Source: the human T2T-CHM13v2.0 reference genome, Homo sapiens
Strand: one strand, 5' to 3'
Assembly: GCF_009914755.1 (NCBI RefSeq)
Contig: NC_060933.1
DNA length: 64,000 bases
Positions within the stretch are counted from its first letter, which is position 1, and every line of letters begins with the position of its first letter. Below are positions 26,505 to 40,034 of this stretch, in pieces. A program made the translations under genes and the position numbers. The notes beneath the pieces are model-generated. The model saw only the letters and a program-made list of their open reading frames with translations, was not told the origin of the DNA and searched no databases.

Positions 26505-26755
26505 GGGAAGGTGTAGTGGCTTATGCCTGTAATCCCAGAATTTAGGGAGGCTGAGGATGGCAGATTGCTTTAGCCCAGGAATTCTAGACCAGCGGTAGGC
26601 AACACGGCAAGATCTTGTCTCTCCAAAAAAAAAAAAAAAGCAAAAAAAAAAATAGCCAGGTGTGGTTGTACAGCACTCCAACCTGGGCAACAAACCTAGA
26701 CTCTGTCTCAAAGGAAAAAAAAAAAGAAAGAAAGGAAAGGAAGGAAAAGAAAAGC
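26505..26755 (+). mobile_element. AluJ with large right-arm deletion and A/G-rich tail
   Basis: Left arm, expanded A linker, then tgtggttgta|cagcactccaacctggg. Confidence 0.85.
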
Positions 26756-27504
26756 AAAATAATAAACCCAGAGTACATAGAAAGAGTTAGATAATAAAGG
26801 TAAGAGCAGAACTTAACAAAACAGAAAAATAGTATAAAATTGAGGTGATTTCTAGATTCAAATGATAATGCTTTAAAAAGATTTAAAAACAAACAAGCAT
26901 TTTAGGAAAAATTAAAACACAAATAAATAATATGCCGAAAGAATGGGGGCAATTTGTCAGCAAAGATTACAGTTAAGAGAATATATGAAGTGTCAATAAA
27001 TTTGAACATTTACTTAAAATGGACAATTTCCTAGAGCCTAAAGTTTACCAAAACTGACACAAGAGGAAATGCATAGCTGAAAGAGTCCTTTAACTGGTAA
27101 AGAAATTAAATCAATTGTTTAAAATCCTTCACTGAGAAAATACCAGACCCAGATCATTTGGGAGGTGAATTCTATCAAACTTCTAGTACAAAGAGAATAT
27201 CAGTTTTAACAAAAAGTTCTAAAGAGTAAGAAAAGAATCTTCCTTTAATTATTTCATGAAGCTTATATAATGTTGATACTGAACATAGATAAGAACTGTA
27301 AAGAAATTTATAAGCCAAATTCACTCATGGATATAAAAGCAAAATGTTTAAACCACTGTATTACCTGCCTAAGTCCACTAGAGTGAGAAAAAAGCATGAC
27401 TGACAGGTCATCCAAGAAATGTGAGGGTGGTTTAATATCAGGAATACATTTATTTAATTGACTGTATTTTATTTATCTTTTAGTTTTTTTAATTTGATAA
27501 ATAT

Positions 27505-27740
27505 CAATATTGTGTTGCCTTTGTGGTAAGCACTGTCCCAAATGGTTTCCAAATATTTACTCCTTTTAACCTCCTATTGTCTCCAGGAGAAGGCACTATC
27601 ATATCTTGCTTCCCTGTTTCAGGTGAGGACTCCACTGCAAAGCATATGGAGATGAAGTAACATGTAGAGATTGTACGGGTGATCAGTGGTTGAATCAGGA
27701 CGAGAACTCCTGAGTTCATGTCCTGAACCAGTGCCCTTTA
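27505..27740 (-). mobile_element. MIR
   Basis: gcactgtcccaaatg..tccttttaacctc..tttcaggtgaggac. Confidence 0.6.
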
Positions 27741-27774
27741 TTGACGTTTACATTATAGATTAAAGAAAACAACC

Positions 27775-28076
27775 GGCCAGGCGCGGTAGCTCACGCCTGT
27801 AATCCCAGCACTTTGGGAGGCCAAGGCGGGTGGATCACAAGGTCAAGAGATTGAGACCAACCTGACCAACATGGTGAAACCCCATCTCTGCTAAAACTAC
27901 AAAAATTAGCTGGGCATGGTGGCACGCACCTGTAATCTCAGCTACTCAGGAGGCTGAGGCAGGAGAATCCCTTGAACCCAGGAGGCAGATGTTGCAGTGA
28001 GCCAAGATTGCGCCACTACATTCCAGCCTGGGTGACAGAGCGAGACTCCATCTCAAGAAAACAAAACAAACAAACA
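27775..28076 (+). mobile_element. AluSc-like
   Basis: ggatcacaaggtcaagagattgagacc; TSD aaaacaacc. Confidence 0.95.
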
Positions 28077-28309
28077 AAAACAACCATGTGCTTCTCTCAA
28101 GAGATGCAGAGAAAGCATGTATATTTCTAAATATATTTCCCAGGGTTTTTTACTTGTTTTTTGACCTTCTTTTTAGTATGTTTTTCCATGGAGAAATTTG
28201 AAATTCTTATATAATTAAGATCATTTTTTCTTTGTAGCTTAAAAAGATATTCCTCACTAAGAATAAAAAATTTCAAGTCTCCAGGTTTCTATAGTTCCAT
28301 TATATCTAT

Positions 28310-28605
28310 TTTATTTCTTTTTTTTTTTTATTTTTAGGGGTGAAGCCTTGCTCTGTCACCCCAGGCTGGAAGGCAGTGGCTTAACCATAGCTCACTGCAG
28401 CCTCCACCATCTGAACTCAAGTGATCTTCCTGCCTCAACTTCTCAAGTAGTTGGGACTGCAGACACATTCACCATGCTCAGCTACGGGAGAGATGGGGAT
28501 CTAGCTATGTTGCTAAGGCTGGTCTCAAACTCTTAGCCTCAAGTGATCCTTCTGCCTCAGCTTTCCAAGTGCTGGAATTACAAGTATGAGCCACTGCGCC
28601 CAGCC
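28310..28605 (-). mobile_element. AluJ with linker deletion
   Basis: catagctcactgcagcctc..ctcaagtgatccttctgcctcag. Confidence 0.9.
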
Positions 28606-29024
28606 TCTACATTTTTAAATAGTTAATATATCTAGAGTTTATTAACGATTAGCTATATTTTCACCTTTGTTGAATAATTTTTGTTACTGATCCAAAATGT
28701 CAATTTTATTATAATTTCAATTCTCTTATATTCTTGAATCTAATTTTAGGCATTTTCCCATTGATTAGTCTAATTCTGAACCAAAATGCTGTTTTTAATT
28801 ATAATATAGAAAATATAATGAATTACATAATATAACAAAAAATAAATTACCATAAAACATGCTCAAAATAGAATAAAGTTATATCATCATCTGAAAGATC
28901 CACAAATGGTATTTTATAAAATGCAACATTCATTTCTAATTTTAAAATATTAATAAATCAGAATAGATGAATGTTTCTGCAACATGAAGAAATTATATAT
29001 CTAAAAAAGAAAACAAGGGGTAGA

Positions 29025-29416
29025 CATATTAGTCTGTTCTCACATGGCTATAAATAAATACCTGAGACTGGGTAATTTATAAAGAAAAGAAGTCTAATTG
29101 ACTCACAGCTCTGCAGGCTGTGCAGGAAGCATAGTGGCTTCCTCTTCTGGGGAGGCCTCCTGTAACTTACAATCATGGCAGAGGTCAAAGGGGAGCGAGT
29201 GTCTCACATGACTGGAGCAAGAGGAAGACAGAGCAAGGGGAGGTGTTACACACTTTAAAACAACAAGATCTCGTGAGAACTCTATCACCAGAATAGAACT
29301 AGAGGGATGGTGCTGAACCGTTCATGAGAAACCGTCCCACCAGGCCCCACCTCTAGCATCAGGTATTACATTTCCACAGGAAATTTGGGTGGGGACACAG
29401 ATCCAGACCGTTATCA
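29025..29416 (-). mobile_element. MSTA-like solo LTR
   Basis: attagtctgttctcac..aaatacctgagactgggtaatttataaagaaaaga..tttgggtggggacacagatcca. Confidence 0.88.
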
Positions 29417-29504
29417 GCAAGATATTGATAAAACTTTACTAACATTGGCAATAAGTGCAGGACAAAATGAGGATGCCTAATATAATATCAAATAAAAAAC
29501 TATT

Positions 29505-29800
29505 GGGTGTAGTGGCTCACATCTGTAATCTCAATACTTTGGGATGCCAAAGTGGGCAGATCACTTGAGCTCAGGAGTTCAAGACCAGCCTGGGTAACAT
29601 GGTGAAAACCTGTCTCTACAAAAAATACAATAATTATTCAGGCGTGGTGGCAGGCACCTGTAGTCCCAGCTACTAGAAGACCTAGGTAGGAGTATTAATT
29701 GATCCCATGAAGTCAGGCTGCAGTGAGCTGTAATCATGCCACTGCAATCCAGCTGGGGTGACAGGGTGACACCCCCGTCTCAAAAAAACAGAACAAAACA
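29505..29800 (+). mobile_element. AluJb-like
   Basis: Alu dimer; TSD aaaaaactatt at 29494 and 29801. Confidence 0.92.
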
Positions 29801-30191
29801 AAAAAACTATTATTAACCATGGTTTTTGAAGCACTGATAATTCAGTTAGAAAAGAGTATCTCATTCTTTAATATCAACTTTTTCATTGCATGAATATAAC
29901 ATAGTTTGTTTAACCAATTCATTATTAGTACATATCTGGGTTTCTAGGGTTTTTTTTTTTGAAATTTTTTTCTGAAAAATGGAGATTCAAATTCCAAGAC
30001 TTTCTCCTATGTCCATATCTTTTATTTATTTATTTATTTTTGGAGACAGGGTTTCACTCTATTGTCGAGGCTGGAGTGTGGTGGTGCAATCACCACTTAC
30101 TGCAGCCTTGCCCTCTCTAGCTAGGCTCAGGTGCACCCCAGCCTCCCAAGTAGCTCCAAATACAGGTGTGCACCACCACACCTGGCTACTT

Positions 30192-30441
30192 TGTGTGTGT
30201 GTATGTGTGTGTGTGTGTGTGTGTGTGCATATATATATATATGTATATACATATACATATTTTCCAAGTTCTAAGCTCATTCCACAACTTGCCACAAAGA
30301 AACAATAATCACTTTCTAAGGGACCTATGTATATATACATGTATATATATACACATATATACATATACATATACGTATATATATATATATATATATACAC
30401 ACACGTATATATATATATACACACACACATATATATATATA
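30192..30441. repeat. Compound (TG)n/(TA)n/(CA)n microsatellite
   Basis: Direct inspection. Confidence 0.95.
30255..30326 (-). other. Inverted copy of 31683-31755 embedded in the microsatellite
   Basis: About 66/73 identity to the reverse complement, with a 35-bp exact core. Confidence 0.93.
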
Positions 30442-31995
30442 TTTTTTTTTTAGAGAGATGGGTTTTGCTGTGTCGCCCAGGGTAATCTCAAACTCCTGGG
30501 CTCAAGTGATCTGCCCACCTCAGCCTACCAAAGTGCTGGGATTACAGGAATAAGCCACAATGCACAGCCCATATCTTTTAAAAGAGATAATATCTTCACA
30601 GATTATTTAACTGTGCTTGCTGCTTCAGCCACTAGCAGAGTGCTGCTACTTCCAATGCTTCTTTTTATATTCCTAGTTGAGATTACAAAATGAAAATTAA
30701 AAGTGTGTCTTCTACTTGGAGATTGTGGAGATAAGTCTTGATGATAAAGACTTGATAAATTCTAGAAACATAAACTTAGAACAAATATTTTCCCAGCTAT
30801 AACTATGTGTGAATCCCTTGGCTTGATCTTGTAGAAGAGACAAAGTAAGACTCTGCAGGTCTTGCCCTTAAAGTGCTTACAATATGATTAACTTAGTAAA
30901 GTACGGTTGGCTGTCTAATCCAAGATAGATGTAATAGCTACTTTTCTGTTATAGCAACATTTGGTTGAGAAAATGTGGGAGTCATTGTAGATTTTTGGTT
31001 TAAAAAATTAAGAAATAAAAATTGTGTTGGCAGATGATTTTCCTGGTTCAACTGTGGGGATGCGTTGGAAAGTGGCTAAAAGGGAAATTAGCTTAGCCAA
31101 AGTTAAACTCCTATGTTGGTGAGCATTCATTAAATATTTATGATCTATGTTTTTTTCTGATCATCATTTATCCCAACGTATGCCCCTTTTTGATGTCTGA
31201 TTAATCATTATCAAAGATATAATTAACAATAATTATTACTATATGTATTAAGTTTTGCCTGGGTCCTGAAGAGAAACTGCCCCAAATTAGCAGCTGTGAT
31301 CTTCACTTGATTTCCTTACAAAGAACAGTGGGAATTTCTGGTTTTAAAGTGAATTAAAATGTGAAACTAATTAGATTATCATAGATGACCCTGCAGAGCC
31401 CATTGGTGAAAATTTGGAAAACACAAGGACTTCGTAAAGTGGATTCTTGTAGAGTTTTTGGAGAGAAAAATGAACCAAAAGGATGGCAAAATACTTCTTG
31501 TTCTGTTATTTGTCTTCTATATGGAAACATCACTGAAGTTTCTGGACTCCATTTTCCCATGTGGGAAGTTTACTAACAATATCCAATTCCATTCTATCAC
31601 CATGTAACTTCTGAAACTAAGCAAAAATGCTGATTTATTCATCTCAGTAAAAACTGAAATGAATATGTAACAGAATAGTTGGAGGGCCCCTTGGAAAGTG
31701 ACTATTGTTTCTTTGTGGCAAGTTGTGGAATGAGCTTGTAACTGGGAAAATATGTGTTTTGAGTTCTGGATTTGGCCAAATATTAACCACATGACTCTGG
31801 ATAAATTGTTTAATCTAACTTATCCTCATTTAATGCCTACATCACAGGATGTTGTGATCATTAGTGTAATTATTTGTGTAATATACAGTGTTATGGAAAT
31901 TCTTGTTGTTATTGTTCTTCTTGCATAAATTCATATCCTTAAGCAACTCACTTAAACAAGTAGTAACTTAACTCCTTAAATTATACCCTATCTTC

Positions 31996-32431
31996 TGTAA
32001 TGGGCTAAATTGTCCCCCGACCCTCAAATTTACATGTTGAAGTCCTAATCCCCAAGACATCAGAATGTGGCTGTATTTGGAGATAGAGCCTTTATTTTTT
32101 ACTTTCATTTTTTATGTTACAGAAGTTGAAATAGGGCTTTTAAAAAGGTGACTACAGTAAAATGAGGTTACATGGTGGAACCTAACCCATGTGATTGGTG
32201 TCCTTATACAAGGAAAAGATTAGGATGCAGACATACACAAAAGAAAACCCATGTGAAACCAGAGGGAGAAGATGGTGATCTATAAGCCAACAAGAGAGGC
32301 CTCAGAAGAAATCAACCCTGTTGACCCCTTACCTCAGACTTCCAGCCTCCAGAACTGTGAGAAAATAAATATCTGTTGTTTGTCACCCATCCTGTGGTAG
32401 TTAGTTATGGCAGCCCTAGCAAACTAATATA
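31996..32431 (+). mobile_element. MLT1B-like solo LTR
   Basis: tgtaatgggctaaattgt..gttgaagtcctaatcccc..gttatggcagccctagcaaactaatata; perfect 5-bp TSD tcttc. Confidence 0.9.
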
Positions 32432-33214
32432 TCTTCTTATGGCATTCTTGTATTAAGTTGAAAATTCAATATTTGGCATCACAGCCAGAAAAAAAAATTA
32501 ACGTCTCAATTTTGTGTGTAGTCTTTCTTCCTTATTGTCATTGCTAAAGATTTCCATATTTGGGTATATTTTCTGTATCTTGTAAACAGTGCTATGCTTA
32601 TTCCTATTATTGCTTCTAATATACAATAAATATGCAGATACTGCATAAAGTTTGAAGAAATGCCACATATAGGATGTACATTTTAGGTATGTATATATAT
32701 TTATATATTTATGTTTTATAACATTTCTCTATTTTCTCCCTTTGCTGGGATCTAGGAGCCTCCACTTTTGTGACTAGTACATTGAATTCTAGTCACTGAG
32801 TTTAATTCATTAAAACTTGTCAAATAATAATAATAATATGGGGAAAGACAAAAGAAAAGAAAATGATGCGCAGAAGAAGAAGCCATCAGGGAAGGGCAAT
32901 ACTATAAAGTGTTAGAATCTTATTAATAGGATTAATTTAGTCTAGAGGGAAAGACATTTGGTGGCACCAATGAGCCTAGTCTTTACTGATTGTTAGAGGC
33001 ATCTCTAGTTCTGTTTGTTCTTGGTCTCCATCCATATGATTACCAGGGTCTGGGAATAGTATTTGAACAACTACAGTCACTGAATGGAAAAGAAATATAT
33101 CTTTAGAGAATCAACAGTAATTTTTTGAGCTGATTAAAAAGTATTGTTGACTGGCTCTTGGGAAGCCTGTCATATTCATAAGCAGGAAATTGTTGGGTAT
33201 GAAAAGTGGATGAA

Positions 33215-33390
33215 GAGAGGAGAGCAAAAGCTTTGGAAATAGATATATCTGGATTTAATTCCCACCTCTGCCACTTATTAACTGGATAAACCTGGGCAAG
33301 TTTCATACCTTCTTGAAATTCACTTACTTTAGTCTGTAAAATGGACATAATAACATATCACAGCATCCTTTCAGGAATTTAAAATCAGTT
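33215..33390 (+). mobile_element. MIR
   Basis: ctttgga..ctggatttaattcccacctctgccactta..cctgggcaagtt..tctgtaaaatgg. Confidence 0.8.
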
Positions 33391-34829
33391 TTTGAAAGAA
33401 AAAGTACTCCATGAAATATATAGAAAATTATGAGCTCCTCATGGGTGTTTGACCTTTTATATTCTACCATCCCTTCTCCCCATCAAAAAGAGAATAATAA
33501 TCATTTTCCTTCCCTTTTTGTTCACAGAAAATATCTCATGTTATGAAGTGGAAGCATTAAATAGAAAGTAATGGAATGGCCTATTATCCCAAGATGAGAA
33601 GGGAAAAAACAGGAATTCCAAATTAGAACATAAATTTTCATTAGGTACTTATTTGTATATGCTACTCTGCTGTTTACAATAGCAATTAAATTTAAAAGAC
33701 AGTTCCTCACTTCTAAGGCTTTATTGTACTCATTTACAAATTATATACCTGACTTATACTAAATTTTCAGAATTGAGGATTTTGCCTTTTTGGTATATTC
33801 ATTCAAATCCTTATTGGCAAAAGGAGCAATGACTTCAGCAGAGAAAACATAAAACACTGCACTTAAACAAACTATATATATATATATAATGTTATATATT
33901 TTACATGCATTTATATCCTTGTTTCATACAACATTGTGATAGCTTACAGGAATATGCCTGATCCAATATATTGCAGAAATATTTAATATAAACAGGGCCA
34001 GGGGGAATGCAGATAAACCAGGAAGAAAAAACTAGGGCGGTGAAATTGGAAGAAAGAATAGTCACTCAGGTTGTACCACTGTTTTGACTTTAAGATTCTC
34101 CCTGGATAAAGCAGCATAGTAAACATGATTGGCTCCCAAAGCCACATTATTTGCAGGTGCCAGACTGCACATTAACAGTCTGACACCAAGGGACAGCACA
34201 GAAAAACTATCCAAAGATAAAGATCTTAAAATCTTTTCAGTTTGGAACTAGATCAGGTATAATAAGCCCCACACACTTCAACACAAAACATATTGTTCAT
34301 CCTATATCAAATTATGTCTCAGACTATGTTATTGGAAATAGTTGGGGGTATCTGACCCTGCCATCTAAAACTGACCTGTAACATGTAAAGCGCAGGAAGT
34401 ATTATTGTCCACTTTTCAACATCCGAACAGGAAAACAAAGTTGTTTCACAATGATAATGGAGAATAAAGTAAATACAAAAGGCTATAAAAGCCAAATAAA
34501 GTGCTGAAAGAAAGTGTGGACAAAACCAAACCTAACAAAAATCTGGTGAAGAATGGGGGTCCGTGACTGCATAAATCCAATGGAAAAACCTTAGCCAAAG
34601 TATAGGCACAAAAAGAAGGGCCCTGCCAAACCTATCACAGTGTAATTATTTTAAATGTCTCCATCTTTTATGAGTAGAGGTGAATCCCTCACTGTGCAAT
34701 GCTCCTAGTTTATCACCCACAGGGTCATGAGCACAATTAATAGTTGATGTTTTATACTACTAAGTTTTGGGGGTAGTTAATAATACTAAAATATGTTTGT
34801 CTTCTATCTTTATCTATATAGTTAAAGTG

Positions 34830-35408
34830 AATGGGTTGTGTTTATACCATGTGACCCTTATCCCTAGGCCTGTTTGTTTAAATCAGGGATGTCCACTGAG
34901 CCAAATTTGATAATAGACTTCCTTTCCAAAGAATTTGGAACTGGAACATTGTCACAGACACAAAAAACTGCAGAGTTATCTGTAGATCATTTTACACCTT
35001 CTGGACTGCAAAACCATTGTAGTTTTGCAAAAATCATTCTTCAAAAGAAGAATAAAGAGGTATGCAGGGAGAAGCAAAGATAAGAAAGTGAGAGAAGAAA
35101 GAGATAAGTAGGGTGGGGAGGGTGGGTAGAAAGAGAGACAGAGAGAGAGAGAGAAAAAAAATAGTAGTGCAGGCAAGTGAAAGAGCAGAAAGAGGCAGCA
35201 ATTGCAATTGTAAGAGACATTGAGAAAGATTAAACCCTTCCTAGTTTCCTCCTGCCTCCCTGGGAACCATCTGTGCCTCAGGCTCCGCTGTCTCAATACC
35301 ATCCTTGGTTAAAGGAGATTCCCATATCCTTTCAATAAATTCCTTTCTCTTTTAAGCTAGTAAAAGTATATTTTTCTTAGCTTTAACCAAAGAATTGTGA
35401 TTTGTGCA
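34830..35408 (+). mobile_element. Old ERVL-MaLR LTR (MLT1K/L/M-like)
   Basis: 3' end caataaattcctttct..ttaagctag..aaccaaagaattgtgatttgtgca; GA-rich centre. Confidence 0.5.
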
Positions 35409-35904
35409 GGTGATATTCTGATTCTCCCAAAATGCATCTAAAGGTTAGAAAAAATAGATATAGACTCTTAGTCTGGGTAAAGTGATAATATTTCCTAAAG
35501 CATTATTTTTGCATATATCTCAGAATAAGAAAGAAAAAGGTAATAAAAATTATGCAGAGTAATGGGTATTAGTAAACTGAAATGAGAAAGGGGGAAAAAT
35601 TAGGCTAATAGAAAAGCAAGACATAAAAAAAGATAAAATTGCAGGCCATGTCAAGGGAAAATAATAAATACAGAGTAATATGGAGGACAAAAAAAAAGAA
35701 GTAAAAGCATTTGGGTAGATTTAAAACAGGGAATATCTAGTTTCCAACTCTTACATCGGAGTATTTGCATGACACTGAAAGTTTCAAACCTGTTTCTAAA
35801 GTCTGCAAATTTTTAGGGAACCAACGGTAATTTACATCATTTTTAGTTAAAGGACCTGGGACAGTGACAGAAGCTGAATTTCCTTCTCTGAATGGGTAGG
35901 TGTC

Positions 35905-36268
35905 TGATATGGTTTGGCTGTGTCTCCACCCAAATCTCATCTTGAATTGTAGCTCCCATAATTCCCACATGTTGTGGGAGGGACCTGGTGGGAGAGAACT
36001 GAATCATGGGGGCAGTTTCCCCCATACTGTTCTCATGGTGGTGAATAAGTCTCACAAAATCTGATGGTTTTATAAGGGGAAATCCCTTTTGCTTGGCTCT
36101 CATTCTCTCTGTTGCCTGCTACCATGTAAGATGTGCATTTTGCCTCCTGCCGTGACTGTGAGGCCACCCTAGAAATGTGGAACTGTAAGCCCATTAAACC
36201 TCTTTTTCTTTATAAATTATCCAGTCTCTAGTGTGTCTTTATTAGCAGTGTGAAAACGGACTAAGACA
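35905..36268 (+). mobile_element. THE1 (B/C) solo LTR
   Basis: TGATATGGTTTGGCTGTGTC..aaacggactaagaCA; 5-bp TSD gtgtc/gtatc. Confidence 0.95.
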
Positions 36269-37359
36269 GTATCCTTCCTTGTTCTGCCTTCCAACTGAGT
36301 CAGCATTGGAGCAAAGAAACACCAATTTTCATTTAATTCAGAATATAATCTTTGGCAACATAGAAACAAATTTGGCTAAGTAATTTGACTCTGCCAAATC
36401 ATAGTAAATGCACATAGTGAAAAAATGTCTTTTAACTTAACAAATTACTCTTTAAAATATATTAATGTAGACATGTCAGTGGAAAGTTGAAAACAAGCAA
36501 AAAAACATTCAGGTAAAGGGTTGAAATAAAAAGTTCACTCCATTACATTCAATTCCTCCTATAAAACTCTCTTTTTAATTTGAGTGGACAGTCAACTGAG
36601 AATACCTGATTCTGGGCTAAGAAAATCAAAGCCTTCTCTGTCACACTGTATTCTCTTGGGTCACTTAATAAAGACACAAGTTGGGTTACTGGAAAAATAG
36701 TGGGAAAAATCAATCCCTCAGATATAAAGGGCTGCTCGTGGAAGCATGTGAATTGCTGTAGTTACTTTGCTCTTCTGGCCTCTAGAGTCTTTATCTTAAC
36801 CTTGGCCTCACATGGAGACTGACTTTTTAAACCACTTTCCCATGACCCATTATATGCCTGTCAAAAGAGAAAAACCCAGCTCTTTTCCTGTGCTTTCAAC
36901 CAGCCAGCTTATTCAAAAATCTATTCGGGTTGTTATAGCTTAACCTTGCCTGGTGAGGGACTTATGGGAAGTTTCTTATGATTTGAAAGACTGGTGCCAT
37001 ATATGTGCCTGCAAAGAAAGAAAAAAGTAAAGAAGAAACAGGTGTGGTTATCAAACACCCCAGTAGTCAAGTGATCTGTCCCAAGGTATGTGACAGCAAC
37101 TTCTGCAAAGGTAACCTGTCAGAGCTTGCCATCTGGTTGTGTTTTATTCTGGAAGTAACAATAAATATTGACGAATGCTCCTGGTCTTCCCAGTTTCCCA
37201 AAGTTCCCTGGATTCATGCTTTAATATCTACCAGGAAAAATAGCACAGTATTTCAAGTCACTACTCTCTGCTTATATTATTGTTATTCACTTCTCATGGC
37301 CTCTCCCCTTCAAAGGAGAGTAGATCCTGAGAAGTGTTCTTTGTTTGTCTTTGTGGAGT

Positions 37360-37460
37360 AACTGGTGGTGATGCAAACTGGAGAGGCTGAGAGATGTTTT
37401 CACTGTGGTGTAATAAAACTAAAATGAAGAGATCCAGAAAGATCTTGAAAGGTGGCTGGA
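37360..37460 (+). mobile_element. L3/CR1 fragment
   Basis: gatgcaaactggagagg..gatccagaaagatcttgaaagg. Confidence 0.45.
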
Positions 37461-39249
37461 GGAGTGTGTAGCAGGAGTTCGGAGTAGAGACATGTGCAGC
37501 GAGATGGAGAGGATCTTTGTGGAGGGGAGAAAGAGAAACAAATAATTTACTAAGTTATGTCTTGTGATGTAGGACATGAGTCTCACCCTTCCCCTTTCCC
37601 TGGCAATCTCTTCACTAAAGACTGCATTATTCATTAGTGCTACTGAGGTAGATTTGCCATCTTATTTGGATACAGAGATGGATCCATGAATGCAAAATTA
37701 CATTTGGTTTATCTTTGAATAATGTCACTAATAAGGAACACACATATTGGCCATACTAGCTGTGCACATGCTATAACCATGGTCCTCTATTTAAAGATCA
37801 AATTAAGTCTTCTTTTTTTAAGGTCAATCTCAAATTGCAACTCAAATATACATTCGTTGATATACTCAGCCCATAATGAACTGTCCCTTCCTTGTCCTCA
37901 AGCTGTGTCTACAAAATCTCATTTTTGAACTTAGAGATTGTCCCATATAACAAATTGTGATTCCATAAGCATATCTTATATCTTCAACACAATTACATGC
38001 TTCTGTGTAGCTAGAATCTTCCATTTTCATGATTTTTCTCAGTACTTGCTATGACAATAAGGACATTTATTCATCTAAATATCATTTGAGTATAACTGAA
38101 GTATCTCAATTCTGATATTGTTTGGATGGATTAATGCATAAATGAGGGAGTATGTAATAGCATCATGTACCACCCAGATTGTTTTTAAATGCAAACACGA
38201 AGAGCAGGCTAAAAAGAGGAGCAGAGCTTTTTGTAAAATATCCATCTCATAGTTGAGTCATTCTGTGAAACTCAGGATGCTCTGGAAAGATTTTGATGGC
38301 TGAGTAAGAATATTAAACAAATGAAATTCTTTCAAGCCTATTCAGCCTGTCACCAGACAACTTTTTTGTACCTCCCAGGGATTTTATTTAAAACATAGAC
38401 TTATAAAGTCTTTATAGATAACAGACTTATAAATCTTTATTCAAATCTTCATTTATACATGGATTTTTCTCTATTATTGTGTTCTAAAAGATTTAAAGAA
38501 AATACATGATAATTAACAATTGATATTATCTTTCTTATGTCCAAGTTTTTAATAGCAAAAAACCTTCTCTCTACACAATGCCTTCCAATTCTCATAGGTT
38601 CAATTCTCAAGTGAATTTTGCTCTGAATGGTGGGACATATAAGATGTAAATGAATTGTTTGTATATGTTTTAAGAATTCTTTGCAATGGCATGGCTATGA
38701 AAATGCATAGAATATTTAAATAACTAAAGTCACTTCCTGAGAATTATTATTTCTTCCTGGTTGAGATTCTGTCTACTCTGATTTATAAACATTTCCCTTT
38801 AAAGTGGTTTCAATTTTGTTTCGGATGGGTTCCTAGGATTTATTCCAATATCCACCCTGCAAAAGTTTTTTTTTTTTTTTAATTAATCCCCTTACAGTTT
38901 CTCTATCATACAGAACGTACAATGGCAACCTGGTTATCACAACTCTGAAAAAGACAGCACTATTATTTTAGAGCTATTGAAGTTTTCTCTATCTGAAGAC
39001 CTCAGACAGATGTCAATCTTCTTTGCTACTTCTCTGGGCCCTTTTATGGACTGAACAGCCCCTTATGGACTTCACACAGGACGTCTGTATCAGCTCATCG
39101 ATATTCTTCCAACTTGAGTCTAGACTTCTGGCCTCCAAATGACGTTAGAGTTATAGCTCCAGCTCGTACCTGCATATTGCCTGGATTTAGGACCAGACCC
39201 TGTGAGCATCCGCCTGCTCTTACGTCTCTGGATTTTATTTTTCTCATAA

Positions 39250-39623
<374 letters not shown>

Positions 39624-40034
39624 CTATGTGTTTTTAAATTTTTCAAAATTCACTTCACATTTCCATATATTAAGAGTAGGAGAGTGACATTAAATTGAGC
39701 TTACTCTGCCATTGTATAGGCATATTGGAGATCCAATTTACTAGCTATTTATTGGATTCCATTACCTGGGTGTTTCAGACACCTGAACCTCACCATGTTC
39801 CAAATTTCCCTCCTTATTGTTAGTACTTTTGCTCATAATCTGAATGACATGAAATGGAATTAAAGCCAGCGAGTGGTTTTATTAATCAGAGGTAGAGCTT
39901 AGGATGCCTGACAGCTATAGGTCAGTAAGTCCTTCTTCCTCTTGGGGCCCTTGATTTAAAGTTAAACTTTGCTTCCTTCTGAGAGGTGTATATGCGGCAG
40001 TGAACTAAGAAGCTAGTTTAGGAAACACCACAGT

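Larger units (their letters stand above)
26760..29870. mobile_element. Old L1M ORF2 fragments in both orientations, interrupted by MIR, Alus and MSTA
   Basis: RT-region matches (aaaatggacaatttcctaga, gaattctatcaaac, gatgcagagaaagcat) on plus; ~28130-28800 on minus. Confidence 0.55.
30023..30569 (-). mobile_element. AluJ whose linker has expanded into microsatellites and captured a foreign segment
   Basis: Right arm 30040-30188, left arm 30450-30569; TSD catatctttt at 30014 and 30570. Confidence 0.9.

Noticed and set aside
37005-37361. 118-aa ORF in largely unique DNA
   Set aside because: Non-ATG start, no recognisable domain or coding-like composition.
38397-38440. Short local duplications (agacttataaa(g)tctttat x2; also ~448-466, ~45815-45850, ~55541-55565, ~58397-58426)
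   Set aside because: Small slippage-type duplications common in AT-rich DNA; no evident function.
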